NCBI GenBank assembly: GCA_964645535.1 | Contig: CAZYCQ010000007.1 | Coordinates: forward strand, 24,912-88,911 | Direction: 5' to 3' | Origin: an uncultured archaeon | GTDB lineage: Archaea; Asgardarchaeota; Heimdallarchaeia; Heimdallarchaeales; Kariarchaeaceae | DNA: 64,000 nucleotides | Shown: positions 8,994 through 18,438 of the stretch, in pieces | How positions within the stretch are numbered: position 1 is the stretch's first letter | Layout: the number at the start of each line of letters is the position of its first letter | Notes under the pieces: model-generated | Databases searched by the model: none | Told to the model about the DNA's origin: nothing | Seen by the model: the letters and a program-made list of their open reading frames with translations, nothing else | Program-made: the position numbers and the translations under genes

Positions 8994-11900
8994 CTATATC
9001 TTTCTTTTCTTTTTGATGATGACTACTGTTGCAAAGCCTGCAAGTGCAATTTGCCAATCAAGGGCCGGCAGTCCGAATTCAGGTGCGGCAAGCGAGGATG
9101 TTCTTCCATTGCTCACAAGGATGGTGATGCTGACTGTTGCAGAATTCAAACTGGTATCGACTGCCTTGAAGGTGAAGGTATATTCTCCATCAACCACCTG
9201 TGTTGAATCCCAATCGTACACGTAGTTCCCTGAGGAATCCTGTTGCATGACTTCTTGGGATCCGTCATGGAGCTGGATGGTAACTTGCTGAAGTTCGACG
9301 TCATCAGATGCTGCCACTTCAAAAGTGACCGTTCCGCTTACATTTGCTCCATCTGCTGGATTGAGGACGGATATGGTCGGTGGTGTTGTATCTGTGGTTG
9401 GAGGGGCAATACCTATGGTTGTCAGTATGCGTGTCTCAGATACGACCGTATGCTCGTTTTCGTCGACATCGACTGCAACCACACTCCATGATAGGTTACC
9501 TAGTGGCAGATTTCCGAGGTTCAGGGTGATTTCATAATTTCCTGTTGTATCGTTGTAGGTCATCAACAGGGACTGTCCACTGATTTCAAGACTGACTGAC
9601 TTGAGACCCCAATCATCCGTTACGGTTGCTTCAAATTTCATCATGGGTGTTTCAGTGACATTGACGGTTGTTCCATCAGCTGGGCTGATCAATGAAATCG
9701 TTGGGGGATTGCCGGTCTTCAGGTTATCAATTTTCACCCGGATTGTGGATCTGCTCCAATGTCCATCCATATCAAGTACTTCTACTGTGAAGGAGATGAC
9801 TTGGTTCTCAAAGCCTTGTGTCAGGGTATCGAATTGAACACTGTACTCGCTCACCTCCATGCCGTTAACAGTCGTCACGGAAATGGGTTCGACTGCATTG
9901 CCGCCGAGATCCTTCCAGAAGATGACGGCGTATGCACCCACATCATCGGTCACTGTGAAATTGATGTTGGCGATTCCCTCAATGGTACTGTCATTAGTCA
10001 ATTGCCAAGTTATGTCTGCTGGTTGATAGCTTTCATTGTAGTTGTCAATGACAATGCTTCCCCCTGCAAATCCTTCATTTCCGGCATTGTCTCTGATCCG
10101 GACATCGAAATTCCATCTCCCGTCCGGTAATGTGCTCGTATCAAGGAAGGTCTCCCAAACTTCATTTTCTGGTGTTGAGTAGGTGGTGTTTGGTGTGAAC
10201 CCTACAGGCACATTGAACAGGGGATGGTCTGCTGGAGCATCATCTCTGAACAAGGTTCCTGTAACATTGTTGATGCCACTGGATGGGAATCTTGGTACCC
10301 AATCAGTTCCGTTCCAGTATGAGTCTCTTGAGTCCCAAGTTTCAACGGCAAAACGTTCAGTTCCATGGACTACATTGTTGCTTTCATCAAGATAGTCAAA
10401 TTCATCATAGAAGGTAGATCCTCCACTTCCGCTAGCAATATACATGTAGCCCCATGGCTCCTCCAGATCCTCATTGTCGGTAAGGAATGTGTTGTTGAAG
10501 GTTATTGATGCACCTGTGAAGTTTCCAACGACATTTCCTTGCTCATCTGTTAATTTGGGATTTTGCGTATATATGCTGATGTCGTATGCTAGGTATTGCA
10601 GTTTCCATTGATCTACCCATCTGCCTGATGACCATCCAATGCCATTGTTTGTGTCTGGGACAAAGGTCACATTTTCCAGATCTCCTTGGAAAGGAACATG
10701 AACACTGATGTGAAATTCCTCTGTTTCATTGTTCCATGGAATCGTTCCTCCTAAGGAGAAAATAGGTAGGTCAAACAAATCAATGGTGAACAATTGATTG
10801 ACCCCTTGGGGGAATGAAGGCACTGCATTGGCGATTGCATCATCAAGAGCGTAGAAACCTAATGAAATGTATGAAGCAAGTCCCCAACGATCGGGTGTCA
10901 TCCACCATGTAAGATATCCCACCTCAGTTAGATTGATGGCTTGCCAAGATGCAGAATGGGAATAGACATATGATGAAGTAATCATATTGATCAATTCTGT
11001 CTGATTGACAGATCCATACATTGTCACTTTGGTGGCATCAACCCATCGATCTTTTATCCAATATGTTGTATTGTCAATATAATTTGACGAGAATGTAACG
11101 CCAAGGGATTCAAGCTCATTCATGATTTTTTCTGCTGTGGCGTTTGCGGCACTTGTTCCGGTGGAACTGTTGAAATACACATCCATCCACATTCCAGAAC
11201 TTCCTGGAATTGCAGTCTTGAGGTGATTTGCGCGGAAGTTGACGGCAAGGACTGATGAATAGAGTGAATCATTTCCGACAAGAAGGTTTTGAGTCAAACC
11301 AGCTCTGTCCTTTCCGCGTACCTCCAATTGGGTGTTGACGTATCCTTTTCCATCCACTCTAAACCATAGGTTGTCGACATTCCTCCAGCTATATTGGGTG
11401 AATGTATAATCAAAACCGATAGTAATGTCAGAATAATTTCCTCCTGAAAGCTTGGCATTTATGGACCAAGCGTCATATTGGTTTTGTTGTTCCGGTGATG
11501 GATGGTAGTCAATATAGACTTGAGAGTCACTGCTGTTGCCGACAGAATAACTGACATTTTCCACATTTGGGAGGCTGTGGGAAAGGGTCAAATTTCCTAA
11601 GTTTGACGGGGCAAGCCAATCGACTCTTGCCAATTCCTTGACAGAAAGAACATGTCCTCCTATCTGATTCTGAATCTCATCTTGATAATGAATCCCAAAT
11701 GAACCAGCAATCTCATTGCCTTCCCTCCAAAACGAGACATCAATTCCTGTGGATGGAAATGGATCGATAGTGGCTGCCAATCCTCCATTTTCTCGTGGGA
11801 TGGATCGATTGATGATCTCTTTGAAATTTGTCCAATCCACATGTCCTGAAAATTGAACTGTGGTTATTTGTACCCATTGATTACCGTTCCACTGGTCATA

Positions 11901-12335
11901 GCCTGATGAACCTTCCATCACGATATCCCATGCCGCAACGTAGCCACTGAAGAAATTGACCATCTGATTTGCCAAGGATTCAGCTGAAGCAGGATCATTG
12001 GTCTCGAATTCCAATGAAATCCACAGGTTGCGGTCTGTTGGACTGTTGGATTGATATGTATTGAGATAGCCCCACCTGAAACTGCTGAATTCCGGAGGCG
12101 AAAGGAGTGAATCCATATCCAACTGGTCGAGTTCTACCTCTGCTCCTTCAAGACGAACATCGGTATAAATATATCCATCTGGACTGACTCCTGTATAGAT
12201 ATTCTCGTGATACCACAATGTGGTCTGTTGGCTCTTAATGGAGACCACTTGTGCTGACTGTTCTCCCACCGCTGGTGCAGTGAAGATAAACATAGAAATT
12301 ACCAATACAGAAATGATTAGCTTTGCTTTCATCAT
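8994..12335 (-). CDS. Large cell-surface protein with Ig-like (Big) repeats and a PEF-type C-terminal anchor
   Basis: Signal peptide; many NxS/T sequons; repeats like PPTISVLNPADGANVSGTVTFEVAASDD; ends PEF-TM-KKKRKI. Confidence 0.8.
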   Translation of the reverse strand: MMKAKLIISVLVISMFIFTAPAVGEQSAQVVSIKSQQTTLWYHENIYTGVSPDGYIYTDVRLEGAEVELDQLDMDSLLSPPEFSSFRWGYLNTYQSNSPTDRNLWISLEFETNDPASAESLANQMVNFFSGYVAAWDIVMEGSSGYDQWNGNQWVQITTVQFSGHVDWTNFKEIINRSIPRENGGLAATIDPFPSTGIDVSFWREGNEIAGSFGIHYQDEIQNQIGGHVLSVKELARVDWLAPSNLGNLTLSHSLPNVENVSYSVGNSSDSQVYIDYHPSPEQQNQYDAWSINAKLSGGNYSDITIGFDYTFTQYSWRNVDNLWFRVDGKGYVNTQLEVRGKDRAGLTQNLLVGNDSLYSSVLAVNFRANHLKTAIPGSSGMWMDVYFNSSTGTSAANATAEKIMNELESLGVTFSSNYIDNTTYWIKDRWVDATKVTMYGSVNQTELINMITSSYVYSHSASWQAINLTEVGYLTWWMTPDRWGLASYISLGFYALDDAIANAVPSFPQGVNQLFTIDLFDLPIFSLGGTIPWNNETEEFHISVHVPFQGDLENVTFVPDTNNGIGWSSGRWVDQWKLQYLAYDISIYTQNPKLTDEQGNVVGNFTGASITFNNTFLTDNEDLEEPWGYMYIASGSGGSTFYDEFDYLDESNNVVHGTERFAVETWDSRDSYWNGTDWVPRFPSSGINNVTGTLFRDDAPADHPLFNVPVGFTPNTTYSTPENEVWETFLDTSTLPDGRWNFDVRIRDNAGNEGFAGGSIVIDNYNESYQPADITWQLTNDSTIEGIANINFTVTDDVGAYAVIFWKDLGGNAVEPISVTTVNGMEVSEYSVQFDTLTQGFENQVISFTVEVLDMDGHWSRSTIRVKIDNLKTGNPPTISLISPADGTTVNVTETPMMKFEATVTDDWGLKSVSLEISGQSLLMTYNDTTGNYEITLNLGNLPLGNLSWSVVAVDVDENEHTVVSETRILTTIGIAPPTTDTTPPTISVLNPADGANVSGTVTFEVAASDDVELQQVTIQLHDGSQEVMQQDSSGNYVYDWDSTQVVDGEYTFTFKAVDTSLNSATVSITILVSNGRTSSLAAPEFGLPALDWQIALAGFATVVIIKKKRKI

Positions 12336-12404
12336 CTAATTTATTCTTCTTAAAGTATTAAAACCTAGTTGAACATTGTTAATGAAATTGTGGTGGATAT
12401 TTAT

Positions 12405-13166
12405 TTAATGCAGAGGGAGCTCAATTGGATCAAATTCAATTGCATCGGCAGACACACAATAAATTGGGATTTTCTTCACATTGACAGGATTCTCAATTCG
12501 ATAGGTATGTACATGCCCACAAACAATTATTGAAGGAGAATATTCTGAAATCAAATCGAACATCCGATCATCAAATATTTCTTGGTACCCTGCATCTCCT
12601 GGATTGCAGTCCGGGAGCTTTCCTTTGAATCCTCGTTTTATTTCTTCTGTCGGAGGAAAATGTGTCAGCACAATCAATCTATCCACTTCGGGAAGGCTAT
12701 CCAGCGATTTTTTCATCAGGTTCAGTTCCCTGTCCAATATTTTGTCATCATTTTCCCTTCCCCTTCGGCTCCAGCCACGGGTGCCTGCAATACCGATCTT
12801 TAATTCGTTGGCTTCCAAAAGCAGTGAATTTTTGTGAATTATCCTGATCCAAGAGGTGTTATTATCCAATCTTTCAAGAAACGCTCTCGCCTTTCTCTCA
12901 TTTTTGAGACTGAAATCATGGTTTCCCTTAACTATCACCTTGAGACCCGGAAGAGAGGCAAGAAATTCGTAATCTGGTCGGGATTCGTCCAAATTTTTTC
13001 CCCAACTGATGTCTCCAGGCATCAACATTACATCTTCAGTTTTCACCTTTCTTTTCCAATTTTCCTCGATCTTTCTGGTGTGGTTTTCCCAGTTTCTGCC
13101 GAATTTGGTCATACTTTTCCCTAACGCGGAAGGAAGATGCAGGTCACTAATCGCCCAAATTTGCAT
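12405..13166 (-). CDS. Calcineurin-like metallophosphoesterase
   Basis: ISDLH, PGDISW, GNHD, HFPP, GHVH; start set at MQIWAISD. Confidence 0.9.
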   Translation of the reverse strand: MQIWAISDLHLPSALGKSMTKFGRNWENHTRKIEENWKRKVKTEDVMLMPGDISWGKNLDESRPDYEFLASLPGLKVIVKGNHDFSLKNERKARAFLERLDNNTSWIRIIHKNSLLLEANELKIGIAGTRGWSRRGRENDDKILDRELNLMKKSLDSLPEVDRLIVLTHFPPTEEIKRGFKGKLPDCNPGDAGYQEIFDDRMFDLISEYSPSIIVCGHVHTYRIENPVNVKKIPIYCVSADAIEFDPIELPLH

Positions 13167-13219
13167 ATGTCTCACCTTGCAAAATACCAAATAAACCATT
13201 GGGGATTACATCCATGTAC

Positions 13220-13383
13220 TTATATATGTGAAGAAAAATTTGAGATTGCCTACCCATGATCGGAGCACATGCCTCACTAGCATTTCATCCAAATACATGC
13301 TAGCTGAAGCTCCATCAGACTGGGTAGAACCTAACTTCTCTCCATTTTCTCCATTTTTCCCGTTTTGCTCGGTCTGAGGGTAG
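13220..13383 (+). promoter_or_regulatory. TATA box and structured 5' leader with uORF, upstream of the MFS gene
   Basis: TTATATA at 13220-13226; nested inverted repeats 13250-13327; alternative 15-bp helix 13315-13329/13363-13377. Confidence 0.45.
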
Positions 13384-13398
13384 TAGGATGTAGTAAAG

Positions 13399-14574
13399 AT
13401 GAACTTCAAAAGAAACAGGATGCTGTTCTATCTCCAATCTGTTGATGTACTGGGAATGTCCATCCCAACCATCTACCTCATTTGGCAGAGGGCTGGACTT
13501 GACCTAGCTGACATCCTCCTACTGCAGGGTATATTTGGCCTGTTTGTGCTCCTTCTGGAGTATCCTTCAGGCATCCTTGCAGACAGGTTCGGAAGACGAA
13601 ACGCAGTTGCAATCGGTAAAGGATTCACCGCCTTGGGTCTCATAGGCTACATGATGGGGTCTTCCCTTGTCCACTTCGTCTTCATCGAACTGATCTTTGC
13701 TGTAGGACTTGCGGCAGTTTCAGGTGCCAATATCGCCTTCATTTGGGATTCTGCCATCGAAGCAGGAGAAGAACCCCATGCCAAGGAAATCGTCAACACA
13801 GGGATCATGATCACCACCGGAAGCAACATGACCCTCCTGTTGATTGGGGTCGGACTGATGCTTATCAACGCCTACCTCCCAATCTATATCGGCATCGTTT
13901 ATCTCTGTGTCTTGGCAATTGTCCTCCTTATGGGAGATGAACCCAAAAAGGTGACTCTTCTCTCCGCTGGAAAGATATTGAAGCAATCAACCAAATACCT
14001 CGGTCAGCGAAAATTCATTGAAGTTGTTGTCATCTCGGCAATCACCATGATCTCCTTGAGAATCGCCTTCTGGGCATACATCCCCAAACTTCAGGACAAT
14101 CAAGTCCACGAGACATGGTACAGCGTCGTGCTCATGATGGCGAATATGGTGGCTTTCAGCACTGCAGCACTCCTGAGGAGAAAAAAGACATATTCATACC
14201 AATCAATGATGATTGCCTTTGCTGCTGCTGCTGTAGGTATAGGGATGTTCATCTTCAGGCTCAATGTGCTTGGGGTCATAATTGCCATAATACTCCATCA
14301 GGTGGCAAGAGGGATTATTCCAACCCTTGCGGCCGTCATGGTCAATGAACTTGCAGATTCAGAGGTTAGGGCTTCTGTTCAATCACTGAAAAGTATGGTG
14401 ACCAATCTTGCATACTTTGCAATTTCCTCACTGGCTTTCATTCCATTGGTTAAACCCCACATCATGATCCTGAACTTTGCCGTGGTCATGGTCCTCATCC
14501 TATCCGCCCTGTTTCTCAGGGTTGCTGAAAGTAGCAGGAAAACAGTCAATCCAATTCCCCACTGGAAACCTTAA
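13399..14574 (+). CDS. MFS transporter
   Basis: About 12 TM segments; EYPSGILADRFGRR motif A. Confidence 0.9.
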   Translation: MNFKRNRMLFYLQSVDVLGMSIPTIYLIWQRAGLDLADILLLQGIFGLFVLLLEYPSGILADRFGRRNAVAIGKGFTALGLIGYMMGSSLVHFVFIELIFAVGLAAVSGANIAFIWDSAIEAGEEPHAKEIVNTGIMITTGSNMTLLLIGVGLMLINAYLPIYIGIVYLCVLAIVLLMGDEPKKVTLLSAGKILKQSTKYLGQRKFIEVVVISAITMISLRIAFWAYIPKLQDNQVHETWYSVVLMMANMVAFSTAALLRRKKTYSYQSMMIAFAAAAVGIGMFIFRLNVLGVIIAIILHQVARGIIPTLAAVMVNELADSEVRASVQSLKSMVTNLAYFAISSLAFIPLVKPHIMILNFAVVMVLILSALFLRVAESSRKTVNPIPHWKP

Positions 14575-14598
14575 TTCCTTTGAAAGAACATACAACTC

Positions 14599-15201
14599 AT
14601 GTCAAAAAAAAGTTCAAAGAAACTTGAGCAGATTGACTTAACCCAATTCCAAGAACCTTTGACGCAAGATCAGACACAGAAGCTTCTGGAACCCCTGAAA
14701 AAACGCTTCGAGGGCAATCAACGCGTTGAGGGGATCAAATGGGAGGACATTGAAGACAGGCTCAATAAGGCTCCAGATAAGCTGCGGATCCTTCACGCGA
14801 TGGAGATAACTGGAGGGGAACCTGACGTAATCGGCATCGAAAATGGTGAAATCATCTTCTGCGATTGCTCACCCGAATCTCCAAAGGGAAGAAGAAGCCT
14901 GACCTACGACCGAGAAGGGCAAACGGCCCGCGAAAAGAAAGGGATCTATCCCCCCGGAAATGCAGTCGGCATGGCCGAAGCTATGGGTATCGACCTCCTG
15001 ACTGAGGAAATGTACTTCCAACTCCAAAATGTCGGAAATTTCGATTCAAAAACATCAAGCTGGCTGAAAACTCCTGCAGAAATCAGAAAGTTGGGCGGTG
15101 CCATTTTCGGCGACTTCAGGTTCAATAGGGTATTCGTCTACCATAACACTACACAGAGCTTCTATAGCTCCAGAGGATTTCGAGGGATGCTGAGAGTATA
15201 G
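14599..15201 (+). CDS. DUF4256 family protein
   Basis: MEITGGEPDV, DCSPESPKGRRSL.YD, KTSSWLKTP, RGFRG. Confidence 0.85.
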   Translation: MSKKSSKKLEQIDLTQFQEPLTQDQTQKLLEPLKKRFEGNQRVEGIKWEDIEDRLNKAPDKLRILHAMEITGGEPDVIGIENGEIIFCDCSPESPKGRRSLTYDREGQTAREKKGIYPPGNAVGMAEAMGIDLLTEEMYFQLQNVGNFDSKTSSWLKTPAEIRKLGGAIFGDFRFNRVFVYHNTTQSFYSSRGFRGMLRV

Positions 15202-15224
15202 ATCCTCTTTTCCCCACTTCTTAC

Positions 15225-15332
15225 TTATGCCAACCTGTAAAGAAGAAATTTGGCTTTCTCCATCTCAATTGCCTTCTGGAGATCAATCTTCCTCTTCAAG
15301 TCGGTAATTTTGGTTCTGTCTTTGTTTTCCAT
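15225..15332 (-). CDS. Putative 35-aa small protein
   Basis: MENKDRTKITDLKRKIDLQKAIEMEKAKFLLYRLA, preceded by SD-like CAGGTG; below the ORF-track cutoff. Confidence 0.5.
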   Translation of the reverse strand: MENKDRTKITDLKRKIDLQKAIEMEKAKFLLYRLA

Positions 15333-15454
15333 GTATTACACCTGAGCAATTCCTGCTCATACCAATATACTCACGCCTATAATATATCCAATCTCCAATC
15401 CCAATATGCATTTTTCCAACACTGCCGTACATCCTCCCATCCAAAAGTGTCCGC

Positions 15455-16237
15455 TTAAACCCTATGGTGAAACCGGCGAAGAATTATTATCGGAAGGCCA
15501 ATCATGGTCCAGATAGGAAATGGGCTTATGTCGGTCGAAGCAGTATAATCAGAATCAAGTACTGAAGTAATCGTCTTTATGACCTGTACCTCAATCATAT
15601 GCTCCGTAGGCAGATCTGTCTCGGAATCAAATACCCCAATGATCCCACGGTCTTCATACAAACGAAGGTATGCACCCTCTGGAACTGAATCCGCATAGGG
15701 TACCAATACCTCCGAAGTCCTTCCGTGATCCACCCAGACCTGTTCCAAAATACTGGTGTTCCACTCTAACACCAACCAGCCAGGTCCACCACTAATGACA
15801 TCATGTGCAATCACACCTCCACTTGAAACCTCCACTGAAGCTATGCCGGAGCTCAATCTCTCTGTCACCATAAATGGTGGTGCCAGAACGGATCCGTTCA
15901 CAGTCACTGGAAAATCCTTCGTCAGCTCCCACTTGCCAACAAGACCAAGATCCTGGTGTAGCATCGCATACATCGTGTCCGTAACCAAAGAAAGATCCAG
16001 TTTGACCACCAAGGATTCCGTCACCCCTGGAAACAAACGCTCAATCCCAACAATCTCTCCCGGTTCACCATTAATGTCATTATGAATGACCATCCATGCA
16101 GGACCATCATATTCTATCCGGTCTATGACAATAATATCATCCACCAAGGGTTGGGAAACTACCACCACCTCCTGACCAGGTGCACTTATCATTGGGAAAA
16201 TCAATAGCAAAGGCAAAAGAAAAACAAGCCGGCTCAT
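15455..16237 (-). CDS. Exported protein with two DUF7282-like repeats and a C-terminal anchor
   Basis: Signal peptide; GPAWMVIH and GPGWLVLE repeats; C-terminal TM plus RR. Confidence 0.6.
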   Translation of the reverse strand: MSRLVFLLPLLLIFPMISAPGQEVVVVSQPLVDDIIVIDRIEYDGPAWMVIHNDINGEPGEIVGIERLFPGVTESLVVKLDLSLVTDTMYAMLHQDLGLVGKWELTKDFPVTVNGSVLAPPFMVTERLSSGIASVEVSSGGVIAHDVISGGPGWLVLEWNTSILEQVWVDHGRTSEVLVPYADSVPEGAYLRLYEDRGIIGVFDSETDLPTEHMIEVQVIKTITSVLDSDYTASTDISPFPIWTMIGLPIIILRRFHHRV

Positions 16238-16330
16238 AGATTAACAGATGGAAGGTGGCAAAAAAGGATATTGGTGCATAAAAAAATTGGTTTATTTAAA
16301 AAGAAGTTAGATGTGAATATGAGAAAAATA

Positions 16331-16405
16331 TGGGCTCGACCGGATTTGAACCGGTGACCCCCTCGGTGTAAGCGAGGTGCTATAACCAGGCTAAGCCACG
16401 AGCCC
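16331..16405 (-). tRNA. tRNA-Val(TAC)
   Basis: GGGCTCG/CGAGCCC acceptor stem, anticodon arm CCTCG-CTTACAC-CGAGG, GGTTCAAATCC T-arm; no intron, CCA not encoded. Confidence 0.97.
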
Positions 16406-16601
16406 TTTTTCAGTACCTTTTGTATGATCGGATAATTTCGTATTCGATCTAAATTTTGTTGGGGTTGTTTTGGTTTAATCTTTTTCGGTAGTTCTGTTTT
16501 TTTTCAGTATGAATTTGTATTTTGATCATTCATTTGTTTTGTAAAATAAAGAAAATTTTTTAGAAGTGAATCTTTTTTTTGTTTAATTCGGGGTGCATTA
16601 A

Positions 16602-17657
16602 ATGAGCAAGTCGCGGCATTTTTTCTCTACTGGTGATTCTCGCATTATAAACCTAAAATTTTCTTCAGGGGTGATGAACCTGACCATTTCGTTGAACCGA
16701 TTTGGGGATTTTCCGTTTCGGCAATCGTTGATGCTGATACGTCCATTTCACATTGTGCATCAACTGGCTATTGTATTGCTGGTTGTCAGTCTGAAGGGGT
16801 ACTTCCCTCCTTGGTATATTTTTTTGAAGGCATGGTTGATGCTGTTTCTTTTGATGCCATTTCTGTTCGGTTTGAATGACCTGATGCATCGATTGGAAGA
16901 CCGACGGATGGGGCGGGATCGTTTGTTCACGTCAGAATCGATTTCCATGATTTCTGTTGGCTTTTTTTTGGGTTCGGTTTTTCTGGTGATGGCTTTGATT
17001 GCTTTGGAATCTGGTCTGATGACGTTTGTCTGGTTGCTATTGATGATTCTTTGCGGTCTTTTGTATGGTTATTTCAAGCATGAAAGAAGGACATTTTTGA
17101 CCTATATTTTTCGGATGTTGTCTGGCGTTACCTTTTATCTGGTGGTTTCAATGTATTTCGGTTTTTCATCCATTGATGGCTGGGTTTCGTTAGTTGTTGG
17201 TGTTCTAGACCTTTTTTCACATGTTGCGGGTGATTTGCGAGACTTTCCGATGGATGTTGCGGGAGGTGTTCGGACATTTCCGGTGGTTTATGGGGTAGAT
17301 AGGACTGAACGATTTATATTTGGATTGCAATTGCTTGGATTGTTTCTAGTTGGCATAATCTTCCGGTATGGATTTTGGTTTTGGTTATTTATTTTGGTGG
17401 GATGCAGTCTAGGTTGGCTGACATATTTTGTTTTGAGGGAAGGCAATGCCTATTCTTGGCAGCATGCTGCGTTTCATGGTCAAAAGATTTTGATATATGT
17501 CTTGGTCGGTGTTTTTCATGGCGTATCCATCTGGTTTGTTCCTTTGTACATGATGGGATGGTTTGTTTCCTATTGCTTGTATCTTTGGGCTGATGACCGG
17601 TTGAGTGGCTCTTCTGGGCTTTTGGGCTATGTGCTGAGTAATCCTTTGTGTCTGTGA
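16602..17657 (+). CDS. UbiA-family prenyltransferase
   Basis: Polytopic membrane protein; LNDLMHRLED and DLRDFPMD.AGGVRTFPV motifs; true start probably near 16674-16731. Confidence 0.8.
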   Translation: MSKSRHFFSTGDSRIINLKFSSGVMNLTISLNRFGDFPFRQSLMLIRPFHIVHQLAIVLLVVSLKGYFPPWYIFLKAWLMLFLLMPFLFGLNDLMHRLEDRRMGRDRLFTSESISMISVGFFLGSVFLVMALIALESGLMTFVWLLLMILCGLLYGYFKHERRTFLTYIFRMLSGVTFYLVVSMYFGFSSIDGWVSLVVGVLDLFSHVAGDLRDFPMDVAGGVRTFPVVYGVDRTERFIFGLQLLGLFLVGIIFRYGFWFWLFILVGCSLGWLTYFVLREGNAYSWQHAAFHGQKILIYVLVGVFHGVSIWFVPLYMMGWFVSYCLYLWADDRLSGSSGLLGYVLSNPLCL

Positions 17658-17737
17658 ACTCGTTGGAGATCGGTTGTTTAAGTTTCCTGTTCCTAACCAT
17701 TTGATTTTTATTGGTTTTATTTAATCGAAGCTTAGAG

Positions 17738-18058
17738 ATGTCATCAACCGAGGAAATTTTGAAAGAGATCGTTGAGCTGGAGGAGCAAAGCTCAAAACTT
17801 GAAGAGGAAGCCCAGTTGGAGGCTCAGAAGATCATAGAGAATGCCAAGGCAGAAGCGGAGGAGATCATCAAGAAGGCTCGGAAAGCTGCTGAATCGGAGA
17901 TCGACCGTTTGGTTCGCGAGGAAGAGGCCAAGAGCAAAGATCTTCTTGCCTCCATAGACAAGGAGATTGCAGAGCAGAAAGAAGCCCTGCGAGCAGCTCA
18001 AAAGGCAAAGGGGAAGGAAGCAGTTGCAGCTGCCATGAAAATTCTGTTGGGTGAATAG
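17738..18058 (+). CDS. atpH: A/V-type ATPase peripheral stalk subunit H (G-like)
   Basis: E/K/A-rich coiled coil (EEILKEIVELE...AQKIIENAKAEAEEII) abutting subunit F. Confidence 0.65.
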   Translation: MSSTEEILKEIVELEEQSSKLEEEAQLEAQKIIENAKAEAEEIIKKARKAAESEIDRLVREEEAKSKDLLASIDKEIAEQKEALRAAQKAKGKEAVAAAMKILLGE

Positions 18059-18394
18059 ATGAGCCGCGCGATTGAGCGTTCCCGAATTGTAGGTCTGACT
18101 GATGAAATGACCTCATTAGGTCTTCGTTTGGCTGGAATCAAGAACGTGTACAGTGTTCCTGAAGGAGATAATGGTCGTGATCTTCTTCGTAAGCTTGTTC
18201 AGGATGATTCCGTTGCGGTTCTGATCATTACGGAAAAATACGCCGAAATGAACCGGCGTATCTTGGATCGGGCTGCATTAAGACCTTGGCCGGTAATTGT
18301 TGAGATTCCTGGACCTGAAGGTAAGATGGAACGGGAAACCAGTACCTTGAAGACTTTAGTGAAAAACGCCCTTGGCATTGAATTGGAATTGTAA
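18059..18394 (+). CDS. atpF: A/V-type ATPase subunit F
   Basis: GLRLAGI, VLIITE, PVIVEIPGPEG, VKNALGI. Confidence 0.88.
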   Translation: MSRAIERSRIVGLTDEMTSLGLRLAGIKNVYSVPEGDNGRDLLRKLVQDDSVAVLIITEKYAEMNRRILDRAALRPWPVIVEIPGPEGKMERETSTLKTLVKNALGIELEL

Positions 18395-18438
18395 CTTATT
18401 AGGAAACTCTCATAAAGGATGTGACAACTGACTAATAG

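Noticed and set aside
13206-13409. Minus-strand 67-aa ORF, or a C/D-box sRNA reading of the leader
   Set aside because: The ORF overlaps the MFS start and promoter; the box C match is poor (ATGATCG) and no C'/D' pair is evident.
16410-16600. Canonical ORB-containing origin
   Set aside because: AT-rich, but I saw no ORB consensus and no adjacent orc1/cdc6 gene; kept only as part of the skew hypothesis.
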